Shown here piece after piece: positions 15,999 through 23,478 of a stretch of DNA of 44,635 bases. The stretch comes from a virus. Lineage: Duplodnaviria; Caudoviricetes. The first letter of the stretch is position 1; each line of letters starts with the position of its first letter. The notes under the pieces were generated by a model that saw only the letters and a list, made by a program, of their open reading frames with translations, searched no databases and was not told the origin of the DNA. Position numbers and translations under genes: made by a program. The DNA lies in IMG/VR virus record IMGVR_UViG_3300032312_000606, positions 1 to 44,635 of that record, one strand, 5' to 3'.

Positions 15999-16367
15999 TT
16001 AGGCCCAAGCCTCTTCTTCGGCTGCGCGGGCTTCCCAAGCCGCATCTTCTTCCTGACCGTACTCGACGTAAGCCTCGGAGCCGTACACGGCGCGACCTGC
16101 TTCCCAACGGTCAAAGGCAACTGGCAACTTGCCGTTGGCCAGACGGGCGTTCAATGCAGCGGCAAGGGCCTCGGCCTTCGCAAGCACCTCGGCTTCATTG
16201 CCGCCGGTCGCAACGTGCAGCACGCGGGTGTCGCCTTGAACCGACACGGCCTGCACGAAAGCCGAGAACCCGTAGATGTTGCCACGCGGGTTGGTGTAAT
16301 CGGCGGCCTCAAAGTCTTGGCCGATGATGACGATGTCGGTGCCGCTGCGGAAGAGTTCGACTTGCAT
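15999..16367 (-). CDS. Hypothetical early protein (first gene after promoter)
   Basis: AGGAG RBS; 122 aa with acidic C-terminus. Confidence 0.7.
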   Translation of the reverse strand: MQVELFRSGTDIVIIGQDFEAADYTNPRGNIYGFSAFVQAVSVQGDTRVLHVATGGNEAEVLAKAEALAAALNARLANGKLPVAFDRWEAGRAVYGSEAYVEYGQEEDAAWEARAAEEEAWA

Positions 16368-16411
16368 TTTGTTTCTCCTAGATTCGCTGTCCGGCGGGAT
16401 GCCGTAGTCGA

Positions 16412-16440
16412 ACTATAGGTTACACAATCAGGGATGTCAA
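16412..16440 (-). promoter_or_regulatory. Strong sigma70 promoter
   Basis: TTGACA-17 nt-TATAGT; TGTAAC in the spacer; T-tract upstream. Confidence 0.85.
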
Positions 16441-16461
16441 CACTTCTGAAGAAAAAAGTTT

Positions 16462-16486
16462 GGGGAGGACTAGCCTCCCCTTTTTT
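16462..16486 (+). terminator. Intrinsic terminator (possibly bidirectional)
   Basis: GGGGAGG-ACTAG-CCTCCCC then T6 on the plus strand; A-tract on the other side. Confidence 0.65.
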
Positions 16487-18189
16487 CACACCCTGCCGTT
16501 TTGTACCAACTGGATGCGCTCACCGATCCACCGCATACATGGCACGGCCATGCTGTTGCCGAGTGCCTTGTAGCGCGGGCCGTCTGGCGCCTCTGGCTTG
16601 CCGCGCCACGGGATGTTTGTCCACCCATCGGGGAATCCCTGTAACCGCTCACACTCGGTTGGGGTTAGGCGGCGGACTTGCATGGCGAGTCGCACGGCGG
16701 GTTGGTTGTCTCCCATTGCGCGGCGTAGCGTTGGAACAAGCGGCGATTCGCCAGCAGGACCGGCGTTGCGCGCAATGCTTCCCGGTTCAAACGCCATCGC
16801 CTGCATCACGCCCATGCCGTTGTCCTGCGCCCCTATTGGGTGCGAAATGTCGCCGCTCACGTCAGGGTCTTGGCGGTTATGAAACGCCACCGGCTGCGCG
16901 ACCACGTCCACCGCCCTCACATCGCCCACGTCGAAGCAGTTGAGCGTGTTCGTGGCCTCGTCCTCAACCCACGTCTCGTGGTCTTCGGTGGACTGCGCTC
17001 GGCGCGACTTGCGGTAGTGGATGGGCTGCGCGACCCCGTGGGCTGCGCCGCAGTCGATAGTGGGCGCGACCTCCTCATACATCCCCATTCCGGGGTCACG
17101 CAGACGCACCCGGCCCTCGGCATCCGCGCTCGGTGTCTTGGCCGTGCCCTCGCGCATCGCATCAGAGCGAAAGGTGTAGGCCGGCAGCGCGACCGCCATC
17201 GGGTTCTTAGCCTGCAAAGTCTGCACTAAATTGACATCAGTCTGCGGCGCGGAAATTTGCGCCCCGAAGGTGATGGGCTGCAACACGATAGGCAGGTCGC
17301 AGCCGTTGTCCTGCTTGGCGTGCTGCGTAGGGGCTACGGTGATTTCCTTGACGCGGCCATCTTGGTCGTGCCGCTCATAAATCTTTGATGCTGGGATTGC
17401 TGTATACGCATCAACTTCAGGCGCCCCCAGTTTCCCAAAGCCAGCAGTTAGGGTTCCGATGCAACTGACATCAAGGCCCGCTTTAGCTGCTCCGGCAACG
17501 CCTTCCCGCGCTTCTCGGCGCGGCGGAGAATCCCGGTACACGCTTTCGCCGATAGGAAAAAACGCTCGGGCAGCGGCCCAGTTTCCAGCACCTCGGACAG
17601 CGCACACAAAGACACGGCGGCGTCGTTGGGCCACTCCGAAGTATTGAGCATCAAGAACGCGCCATGCAGCCGTGCGCTTCGGCCCAGAGACCACACCTGC
17701 GTTGTCCCATCTTCCGTCTGGAATGAGGGGCTCACTCGCTCCGACAAGTCCTGCCAGAAAGCACCCGAAGGCGTTGTCTTGGCTTGAGAGGACACCCGGC
17801 ACGTTCTCCCAGACGATCCACTCGGGGTTGAAGTGGTCGGCCATTTCGACGAAGGTGAGGGTGAGGTTTCCTCTAGCATCGGAAAGTCCTCCCCGAAGTC
17901 CAGCGACAGAGAAGGCTTGACAGGGTGTTCCCCCGACGAGAAGGTCGATTTGCTCAATGTTCCACTCCTTGAACTTGGTCATGTCACCAAAGTTGTGAAC
18001 GTCTGGAAAGTGATGCGCCAATACCGCAGCAGGGAAGGGTTCAATCTCTGCAAAACCAGCGGGCTTCCATCCCATGTGATGCCAAGCCGCGCTAGCGGCT
18101 TCAATACCGCTACAAATAGACAGATATTTCATTTTGATTTTCCAAGTAGGGGGGGCTGAGGGAGCGGCTGTTTGTTCGATTGCGCTCAT
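16486..18189 (-). CDS. C5 DNA cytosine methyltransferase with a long modular variable region (start 18189 or 18132)
   Basis: Motif I SICSGIEA, IV GGTPCQAFS, VI ENVPG, VIII QRRRRVF, C-terminal RRLTPTECERLQGFPD and RYKALGNSMAV. Confidence 0.93.
   Translation of the reverse strand: MSAIEQTAAPSAPPTWKIKMKYLSICSGIEAASAAWHHMGWKPAGFAEIEPFPAAVLAHHFPDVHNFGDMTKFKEWNIEQIDLLVGGTPCQAFSVAGLRGGLSDARGNLTLTFVEMADHFNPEWIVWENVPGVLSSQDNAFGCFLAGLVGASEPLIPDGRWDNAGVVSGPKRTAAWRVLDAQYFGVAQRRRRVFVCAVRGAGNWAAARAFFPIGESVYRDSPPRREAREGVAGAAKAGLDVSCIGTLTAGFGKLGAPEVDAYTAIPASKIYERHDQDGRVKEITVAPTQHAKQDNGCDLPIVLQPITFGAQISAPQTDVNLVQTLQAKNPMAVALPAYTFRSDAMREGTAKTPSADAEGRVRLRDPGMGMYEEVAPTIDCGAAHGVAQPIHYRKSRRAQSTEDHETWVEDEATNTLNCFDVGDVRAVDVVAQPVAFHNRQDPDVSGDISHPIGAQDNGMGVMQAMAFEPGSIARNAGPAGESPLVPTLRRAMGDNQPAVRLAMQVRRLTPTECERLQGFPDGWTNIPWRGKPEAPDGPRYKALGNSMAVPCMRWIGERIQLVQNGRV
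17448..17957 (-). CDS. Overprinted alternative-frame methyltransferase beta-subunit-like protein
   Basis: 169 aa in another frame inside the MTase; AAGGAG 7 nt before the TTG start; ordered C-terminus LSEVLETGPLPERFFLSAKACTGILRRAEKRGK. Confidence 0.7.
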   Translation of the reverse strand: MSKSTFSSGEHPVKPSLSLDFGEDFPMLEETSPSPSSKWPTTSTPSGSSGRTCRVSSQAKTTPSGAFWQDLSERVSPSFQTEDGTTQVWSLGRSARLHGAFLMLNTSEWPNDAAVSLCALSEVLETGPLPERFFLSAKACTGILRRAEKRGKALPEQLKRALMSVASEP

Positions 18190-18554
18190 CCTTGTCTCCT
18201 TAACTCGCTTTTGTGATTCACATTTGTCTCTTTAAAAGGCCCCGTGGTGGTTAGTAGGGTCACCGAAAGTTCCAGTCTGCCGATGCGTACTTTTCAGACT
18301 TGGCCTTCTTGCAGGACCCAGACGGAATGCACTCAGGTGCTTCAAGGCAGTTAGCCCGATATTCCTCACCGGCCTGATGGCGCTCCCAGAAATCATCGCC
18401 ACGGAAGTCATCCGCAATCATCGGCGGGATCTGGGGAAAGATGTGGAAGGGAATGGTCATCTCTATCTCCTGTTGGGGGCCGTAGCCCATTTGTTGGATT
18501 GCATTCATCCTTGTCCCCTTAACTCGCTTTTGTGATTCACATTTGTCTCTTTAA
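18186..18554. repeat. 50-bp direct repeat pair (18186-18235 and 18505-18554)
   Basis: tcatccttgtc(t/c)ccttaactcgcttttgtgattcacatttgtctctttaa with one mismatch. Contains a TGTGA-T-TCACA palindrome plus a minus-strand RBS and ATG. Confidence 0.95.
18260..18508 (-). CDS. Hypothetical protein between the direct repeats (alternative start 18460)
   Basis: Starts at the repeat ATG; an internal AGGAG RBS precedes MTIPF. Confidence 0.4.
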   Translation of the reverse strand: MNAIQQMGYGPQQEIEMTIPFHIFPQIPPMIADDFRGDDFWERHQAGEEYRANCLEAPECIPSGSCKKAKSEKYASADWNFR

Positions 18555-18566
18555 TTCGCTGTAGTT

Positions 18567-18821
18567 GGGGCCCGAAGGCCCCATGGTGAGTGTTTAGTTT
18601 TCGACAGGGATAATCATGTCTAGCGGCTGGGCGAACTTATCCAGATGTGCCCCGTACATCACGCCCAGTTTGAATACGGCAGTCTCATTGTCTTCTGCCA
18701 CCATCTCTGGGCCAATGGCCTCACCGGTCTTGGTGTACACCATGTAAGCGCCCCACATACCATCGTCTCGCTTGTAGCAACGGAATTCCATGTTGTTCTC
18801 CTGATGGGGCCCGAAGGCCCC
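18567..18821 (-). repeat. Two identical cUUCGg hairpins (18567-18582 and 18806-18821)
   Basis: The transcript reads GGGGCC-UUCG-GGCCCC at both sites, with no U-tract. Confidence 0.85.
18594..18791 (-). CDS. Hypothetical early protein
   Basis: AGGAG RBS; 65 aa; flanked by the UUCG hairpins. Confidence 0.65.
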   Translation of the reverse strand: MEFRCYKRDDGMWGAYMVYTKTGEAIGPEMVAEDNETAVFKLGVMYGAHLDKFAQPLDMIIPVEN

Positions 18822-18827
18822 TGTTGA

Positions 18828-19118
18828 TTAACGTGCGGTGGTCTTGATGCTGAACACTGCGGTCGTCTTGGTGTGACGGGCGATGGCGTCAGCGGGGATG
18901 TTGTACTCGGCGGCGATAGCCTTCCAGTCCACGGTCGAGCGGTTGGCTTCGATGTAGGTGGCCTTGAACAGGGCACCGTTGTAGACGGTCGGGCCGCCGG
19001 CACTGCTGATGTCCTTCAGGTTGTCCTTGATGGCATCGGCTTGAGCGGTCAGATCTGCGATCTGGGCGAGAAGCACGCCGAGTTCGTCAACTTGGGTGAG
19101 GTCGAGGGTGCGGTCCAT
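18828..19118 (-). CDS. Conserved phage early protein
   Basis: AGGAG RBS; coiled coil followed by RSTVDWKAI; first gene after the promoter. Confidence 0.7.
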   Translation of the reverse strand: MDRTLDLTQVDELGVLLAQIADLTAQADAIKDNLKDISSAGGPTVYNGALFKATYIEANRSTVDWKAIAAEYNIPADAIARHTKTTAVFSIKTTAR

Positions 19119-19168
19119 TTGAGTCTCCTGTTAGTCGCTATCCGGTCCTGTGCTGCGACCGTGATGCA

Positions 19169-19197
19169 ACTATAAGTTACATCTCTGGAGGTGTCAA
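19169..19197 (-). promoter_or_regulatory. Strong sigma70 promoter
   Basis: TTGACA-17 nt-TATAGT; TGTAAC in the spacer; A-tract upstream. Confidence 0.85.
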
Positions 19198-19217
19198 CAC
19201 CCTCGACCAAACTTTTT

Positions 19218-19415
19218 TTAGGCGGCCATCCGCTTGGCGATTTGGATCAGCACCATGCCCACCAACCCCGCGACCAGAACTGCCAACAGGATGGGCATCC
19301 ACGCCGGCTCTTCTTCCTTCACATAGATCTTGGCGTCTCGCCCGTAAGCCTCTTTCATGGACCGTGGCGTGCGGTAGTCATTCGGGCGGAATTCATTGAA
19401 GTATCTTGGGTTCAT
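19218..19415 (-). CDS. Small membrane protein
   Basis: RTPRSMKEAYG motif and a C-terminal hydrophobic helix. Confidence 0.65.
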   Translation of the reverse strand: MNPRYFNEFRPNDYRTPRSMKEAYGRDAKIYVKEEEPAWMPILLAVLVAGLVGMVLIQIAKRMAA

Positions 19416-19738
19416 AGCCTATTCCTTTTTGAGGATGTGCATGGCCACGTCGACTTCATGACGTGAGTGACAATAGAGTCGCCCGCTAGGTGCCGAATGC
19501 TCGGGTTGTCGGTCAGGTACTGCTTGACCATGTCCCGCAACTGACCAGCACGCACGTTTGGCGGGGCGCAATGCAGCACACCCTGCCCCGCATCCGTAAC
19601 GCCCATGACGTAGCCCAGAGAGGCCATGTCGTCGACGATGTTGGCGTCACTCATCTCGGACAGCAGCTTGTTGCCATCCTTGAACTCTGCATACGCGGGC
19701 ATTGCCACCAGCATCCCAACCACGATCAGTTTCTTCAC
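19412..19738 (-). CDS. Secreted Rap1a/Tai-family immunity-like protein
   Basis: Signal peptide MKKLIVVGMLVAMPAYA; GNKLL..GYVMGV.D..C.PP..QL..MV..YL..NP..RH..WPC. Confidence 0.7.
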   Translation of the reverse strand: MKKLIVVGMLVAMPAYAEFKDGNKLLSEMSDANIVDDMASLGYVMGVTDAGQGVLHCAPPNVRAGQLRDMVKQYLTDNPSIRHLAGDSIVTHVMKSTWPCTSSKRNRL

Positions 19739-20028
19739 GCCTTTACCCCCAGTTTTCCGGTTTGAAAAAGATGCAGCAGGGTCTTCTCATGTGCGTCCTG
19801 CCACAACTGCTGCCGCTCCACCTTGGTCAACTTCGACCCTTGGTCCACTTCGTGATGGCACCGGACACACAGGAACGCGATGAAGCAGTCATGCGACTTG
19901 ATGCTCATGCCCTTCCCGTGTCGATGCCAGTTGCTGTGCGCTGCCACGATCGTTCCGTCCTGAGCCCCGCAGCTCATGCAGGGTTGGTCCCGGGCCGTGT
20001 CCAGCAGGGCTCTGTTCCGGTAGTTCAT
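19735..20028 (-). CDS. DUF1364-like zinc-binding HNH-type protein
   Basis: CMSC..IVAAH..GKGMSIKSHD..AFLCVRCHHEVD. Confidence 0.75.
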   Translation of the reverse strand: MNYRNRALLDTARDQPCMSCGAQDGTIVAAHSNWHRHGKGMSIKSHDCFIAFLCVRCHHEVDQGSKLTKVERQQLWQDAHEKTLLHLFQTGKLGVKA

Positions 20029-20300
20029 AACCAACTCACAATCCGGGTGCAGAACGACCCCCGGCAAGATCCGTCTTCACGAAACAGCGTGCCGGTGATG
20101 GTGTCTGCCCACATGCGCTTCCTCCCCCTTCCAGATGCGATCCAGACCAGCGCCATCTCGCGCTCCTTTTCCTCGCCGGTCTGATACCGGACCATCGCCC
20201 TCTTGCGCTCGAAACTGTTTCTGTGGGTAATAGACCGAATGAACCCAAGCTCGAATTCAGTAATGCAGGCCCCAGCCTCCCCAACACTGATGGTCCTCAT
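20025..20300 (-). CDS. Hypothetical protein
   Basis: From MRTISV; ATGA coupling at both ends; WADTITGTLF..DGSC. Confidence 0.55.
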   Translation of the reverse strand: MRTISVGEAGACITEFELGFIRSITHRNSFERKRAMVRYQTGEEKEREMALVWIASGRGRKRMWADTITGTLFREDGSCRGSFCTRIVSWL

Positions 20301-20632
20301 ATCGTTAGTTTTGACTCGGCTCGGTTTGTCGCCTCTTGGCTTCTCCACACTTCCACCCTTGCCTGCGCTGCGATCAGATCCCACCTCAACCTCTCCTCAA
20401 TCTCAATGGCTTCTTTCAATCCAAGCAGCATCTCAATGTATTCAGGGTGCGAGTAAGCCTCGCGCTCTTGGGCCCCAATCGCAGACTCCATCGACCGCTT
20501 CATCAGGATTGCCTTGAGACTCTTGCGATACTCCTCGAGGTAGATCCGCTCTGCTTTTGCCTTAGAAAACTTCTCTGCGTTCCGGATGATGTAATCAATC
20601 GCATCATTTGGGTTTATTTCTCTATCGCTCAC
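20297..20632 (-). CDS. Conserved helical phage protein
   Basis: 111 aa; AQEREAYSHPEY..WRSQEATNRAE. Confidence 0.7.
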   Translation of the reverse strand: MSDREINPNDAIDYIIRNAEKFSKAKAERIYLEEYRKSLKAILMKRSMESAIGAQEREAYSHPEYIEMLLGLKEAIEIEERLRWDLIAAQARVEVWRSQEATNRAESKLTI

Positions 20633-20988
20633 ACTTCCTCCAGTTTCACTTTCAACATTCCGCCCTTGATGTCGGCCCAGTAGATTCTCAGGTCCACAAT
20701 CTGGCTATCGTCGTCAAACACGCCTGCGCTACACATCGAATCCAAAGCCGCCTTGAGCAGGTTGTCCAGATCCCTGCGCCGGTTGTCCGGGCGATACGCC
20801 TCCATCACCACCCGGATCGACCGCTCCCCGAACTTCGGGGCTGCCTGCATGACCACCTGCTCCGCCACCGCTGTCCGGTAATCCCTCCCGGCTTTGCTGA
20901 TGATCATCCGCCCTCGGAACGTCCTCCAGTAGGTGTTCACGCTCGGCGGCCACGGCAGGGTCATCTCGCCAGTCAGGATGCTCTCCAC
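20629..20988 (-). CDS. rusA: RusA Holliday junction resolvase
   Basis: LPWPPSVNTYWR, RRRDLDNLLKAALD, DDSQI; likely GTG start after GAGG. Confidence 0.9.
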   Translation of the reverse strand: MESILTGEMTLPWPPSVNTYWRTFRGRMIISKAGRDYRTAVAEQVVMQAAPKFGERSIRVVMEAYRPDNRRRDLDNLLKAALDSMCSAGVFDDDSQIVDLRIYWADIKGGMLKVKLEEV

Positions 20989-21163
20989 GGTTTCCTCGTT
21001 GCCATTGGTCATACACATCCTTTCGCAGTCTGCTGTTCTTGTGCATCTCATCCCACTTTTGTAGCCACTCAAAAGCGCCCTGCCTGTCTTTGATCCGTTT
21101 GCGTATCACCCACCTGACCAGACACTGATGCCGGTACAGGTCATCGCCCTCGCCCTCTTTCAA
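20729..21163 (-). CDS. Hypothetical protein (ordered part about 20965-21163; tail overlaps rusA)
   Basis: RHQCLVRWV...QWQRGNRG..DWR, then a low-complexity out-of-frame overlap. Confidence 0.55.
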   Translation of the reverse strand: MKEGEGDDLYRHQCLVRWVIRKRIKDRQGAFEWLQKWDEMHKNSRLRKDVYDQWQRGNRGEHPDWRDDPAVAAEREHLLEDVPRADDHQQSREGLPDSGGGAGGHAGSPEVRGAVDPGGDGGVSPGQPAQGSGQPAQGGFGFDV

Positions 21164-22107
21164 AACTTGTCACTGGGGCCGAACAGCATCGTCACCCCAC
21201 CTTCACGCTCGAGGTATTGATTCGACTCACGGTCGAACCATAGCGGCAGCCAGTCTTCCGCCTCACCGTTCCGTTGCTTCTCACACATCAGGACAGCATC
21301 CGGGGTGTCGGGCTCGACAAAGCCACCAGACTGGATGGTCCGCTCTTTTTTCTTGTTGCGATACACCAGCAGGATGTTGTCGACCTGATCCGCAATCGCG
21401 CCCGTGCCCTTGATTGACACCTTGTCCGGCATCTGCTCGTCCGACTGTCCCTTGCGGATGTGGTGAACCAGATGGATGTGGATGTTCAGATCCCGGGCCA
21501 GAGCGCACATCTCGTCGACGAAAGCCTTCTGACCGTTGTAATCGTCCTCGCCCTCGACCACCTTCATGACGCTGTCAATGAAGATGTGGGTGATGCCCAG
21601 TTCCTTTGCCATGTACCGGCTAACCGAGATGACCTGATTGCCACGCACGGTTCCCTGCTGGTCGTAGAAGAAAACCTTGCCAATGGCGAACTCCCGGAAG
21701 CGCCGGTACACATCGCGCTTGAATTCAGGCGACAGACGTTCAACGTCCGTTCCATTGAACTGGCGAATCATGCGGACCAGAGACCTCTTCGGCTTCATCT
21801 CAAACGACAGGATGCCAACGCGGTGATCCTGCCCCACTAAGGAAAGGCCCACCAGACCCGTTATAAGGCTCTTCCCTGAGCCGTTTTGGCCCGCCCATAG
21901 GGTGACCTCACCCGGACGCATAGAGAAGCGCCCAAGCGTTTTTGGCCACGGCAAGGGGCATTCAGAAACCACTGGCGGGTTTTCAATCTCGCCCTCGAGT
22001 TCATCAACCCACACGGACACGTCTTTGACCTTCTGGTGCGTCTCCGTCTCGTGCAGGTATTTCGTGAAGTCGATGGAGTCATCAACCACCCAGTCATTTA
22101 GTGCCAT
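21160..22107 (-). CDS. DnaB/T7 gp4-like SF4 replicative helicase
   Basis: Walker A AGQNGSGKS, SFEM, IFIDS, HLVHH, IKGTGAIAD, EKQRNG. Confidence 0.88.
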   Translation of the reverse strand: MALNDWVVDDSIDFTKYLHETETHQKVKDVSVWVDELEGEIENPPVVSECPLPWPKTLGRFSMRPGEVTLWAGQNGSGKSLITGLVGLSLVGQDHRVGILSFEMKPKRSLVRMIRQFNGTDVERLSPEFKRDVYRRFREFAIGKVFFYDQQGTVRGNQVISVSRYMAKELGITHIFIDSVMKVVEGEDDYNGQKAFVDEMCALARDLNIHIHLVHHIRKGQSDEQMPDKVSIKGTGAIADQVDNILLVYRNKKKERTIQSGGFVEPDTPDAVLMCEKQRNGEAEDWLPLWFDRESNQYLEREGGVTMLFGPSDKF

Positions 22108-22438
22108 CTTTGCTCTCCATTACGCTGTCATCAAAGTTCATCAGGGCATACATCTTCGCGGGCTTCACCTTCTCGGCGGCTTCCCAGAACTCAAGAACCC
22201 GGTCTTCACTACTGCCGATGATTGCCAGATTCAGACCGTGAGCCCAGCGGAGATCCAGATGCCCGATAACGTCGGTGGGCTCAATCTCCACTTCTGGCTG
22301 GCCAAGCGCAGGCCACCACTTCCAGCCGCGCTCTTGGTCGGTCCCGCAGCACACAACAACGTACTTGGGCTTGCGGCCAGTTTGGCGACGAAGATGGATC
22401 AGGTACTCGTGGCCTCTCACAGCATCCCCCTCATCCAC
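22094..22438 (-). CDS. Hypothetical protein in the replication module
   Basis: Overlaps both neighbours; LDLRWAHGLNL motif. Confidence 0.55.
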   Translation of the reverse strand: MDEGDAVRGHEYLIHLRRQTGRKPKYVVVCCGTDQERGWKWWPALGQPEVEIEPTDVIGHLDLRWAHGLNLAIIGSSEDRVLEFWEAAEKVKPAKMYALMNFDDSVMESKDGTK

Positions 22439-23091
22439 TCCGGCTTCCCGGCGGATTGAACAGCAGGCAGATCATCCTCCCACCGCTTCTGGTTCAGGTA
22501 CGTCAGCGGTGCAGGCTCGAACCCGGTCTTCCACGAATCGGTCTGCTTCATCACGCGAACGTGGGCAAGGATGCGATCGGCGACATCGTCCAGCTTCTGC
22601 TTCGCCCACTTCGTCTGGCAGGCAGCCTTGGCTACCTTCCGGGCACTGACCGGCCATGCCGACCAGAACTCATCGAACCTTCCCCCTTGGGGGGTAGGGG
22701 GGGTTTTATTGTTTCTTGTTTCTTGTTTATTGTTTGGTTGAACGTCCGTTGAACGGTCGGTTGAACGTCCGTTGAGCCTACGTTCAGCGGATGCCCTACC
22801 GGCGCGTGACGCCTGCTCGATTTTCGCGTGAAAATGGGCGATTTCGCGGTCTGCTCGCGGGTTCAGGTAACCCTCATCTGTCCGCTCAAAGAACTCATTC
22901 AGCACATCGCGAACAGTTGCGGCCTCATCTCTCATGCCTATTTGCTTGGCAACGAGCGTTGCATCGACGTTCAACGGGCGTTCGTGCAGGTAGTACAGGT
23001 CCAGCAATCTCCTGTACGCCAGATCCTCCATCAATGTCAGGTGACGGGTGTGTGATGCGTAGTCACCGATGTTGAAGTTGTAATAGTGCAT
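22417..23091 (-). CDS. DUF1376/YdaU-family replication initiator
   Basis: YNFNIGDYASHTRHLTLMEDLAYRRLLDLYY; C-terminal FDEFWSAWP..K..PLTYLNQKRWED; internal iterons. Confidence 0.85.
   Translation of the reverse strand: MHYYNFNIGDYASHTRHLTLMEDLAYRRLLDLYYLHERPLNVDATLVAKQIGMRDEAATVRDVLNEFFERTDEGYLNPRADREIAHFHAKIEQASRAGRASAERRLNGRSTDRSTDVQPNNKQETRNNKTPPTPQGGRFDEFWSAWPVSARKVAKAACQTKWAKQKLDDVADRILAHVRVMKQTDSWKTGFEPAPLTYLNQKRWEDDLPAVQSAGKPEWMRGML
22704..22790. other. Probable replication origin (iterons plus AT-rich tract)
   Basis: GTTGAACG at 22737, 22748 and 22760, degenerate copies at 22771 and 22782, beside four TT(A/C)TTGT units; lies inside the initiator gene. Confidence 0.65.
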
Positions 23092-23112
23092 TCCGACGCC
23101 TTGGTGTTGGTG

Positions 23113-23478
23113 TTAGACGACTGTAAGACGACCGACAGTTTCTGTCAACTCGACAACCTTGGGCGGGCGGGGGCGCTTGCCACCGATCTTTCCTGCGGCA
23201 CTACAGGCGGCCAACTGGCGACGACGACGGGCCAGAGACACTTCAATCTCGTCATGCACGAACCGACCGTCGTACTCGCGGAAGAACTCCTTCAGCACGG
23301 GCTCGACGCAGTCGACGTCCAGTTTGATCTTCTGTGCCACCACGGATGCGGGCCCAAGCAGCGGGCCCTCAATCAAGTAGTACAAGTCGATGAGACGGCG
23401 ATACGCCAGATCCTCTGCATCCGCCAGATGGTTGGTCGAGACCAGATAGTCCTTTACCGGGAACTTGTACCAGTTCAT
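23113..23478 (-). CDS. Second, shorter DUF1376/YdaU-family protein
   Basis: WYKFPVKDYLVSTNHLADAEDLAYRRLIDLYY parallels the N-terminus of the adjacent gene. Confidence 0.8.
   Translation of the reverse strand: MNWYKFPVKDYLVSTNHLADAEDLAYRRLIDLYYLIEGPLLGPASVVAQKIKLDVDCVEPVLKEFFREYDGRFVHDEIEVSLARRRRQLAACSAAGKIGGKRPRPPKVVELTETVGRLTVV

Noticed and set aside
18186-18821. CRISPR mini-array or att sites from the repeats
   Set aside because: Only two copies of each repeat, spaced 220-270 bp apart around ORFs; no cas operon or integrase in the window.
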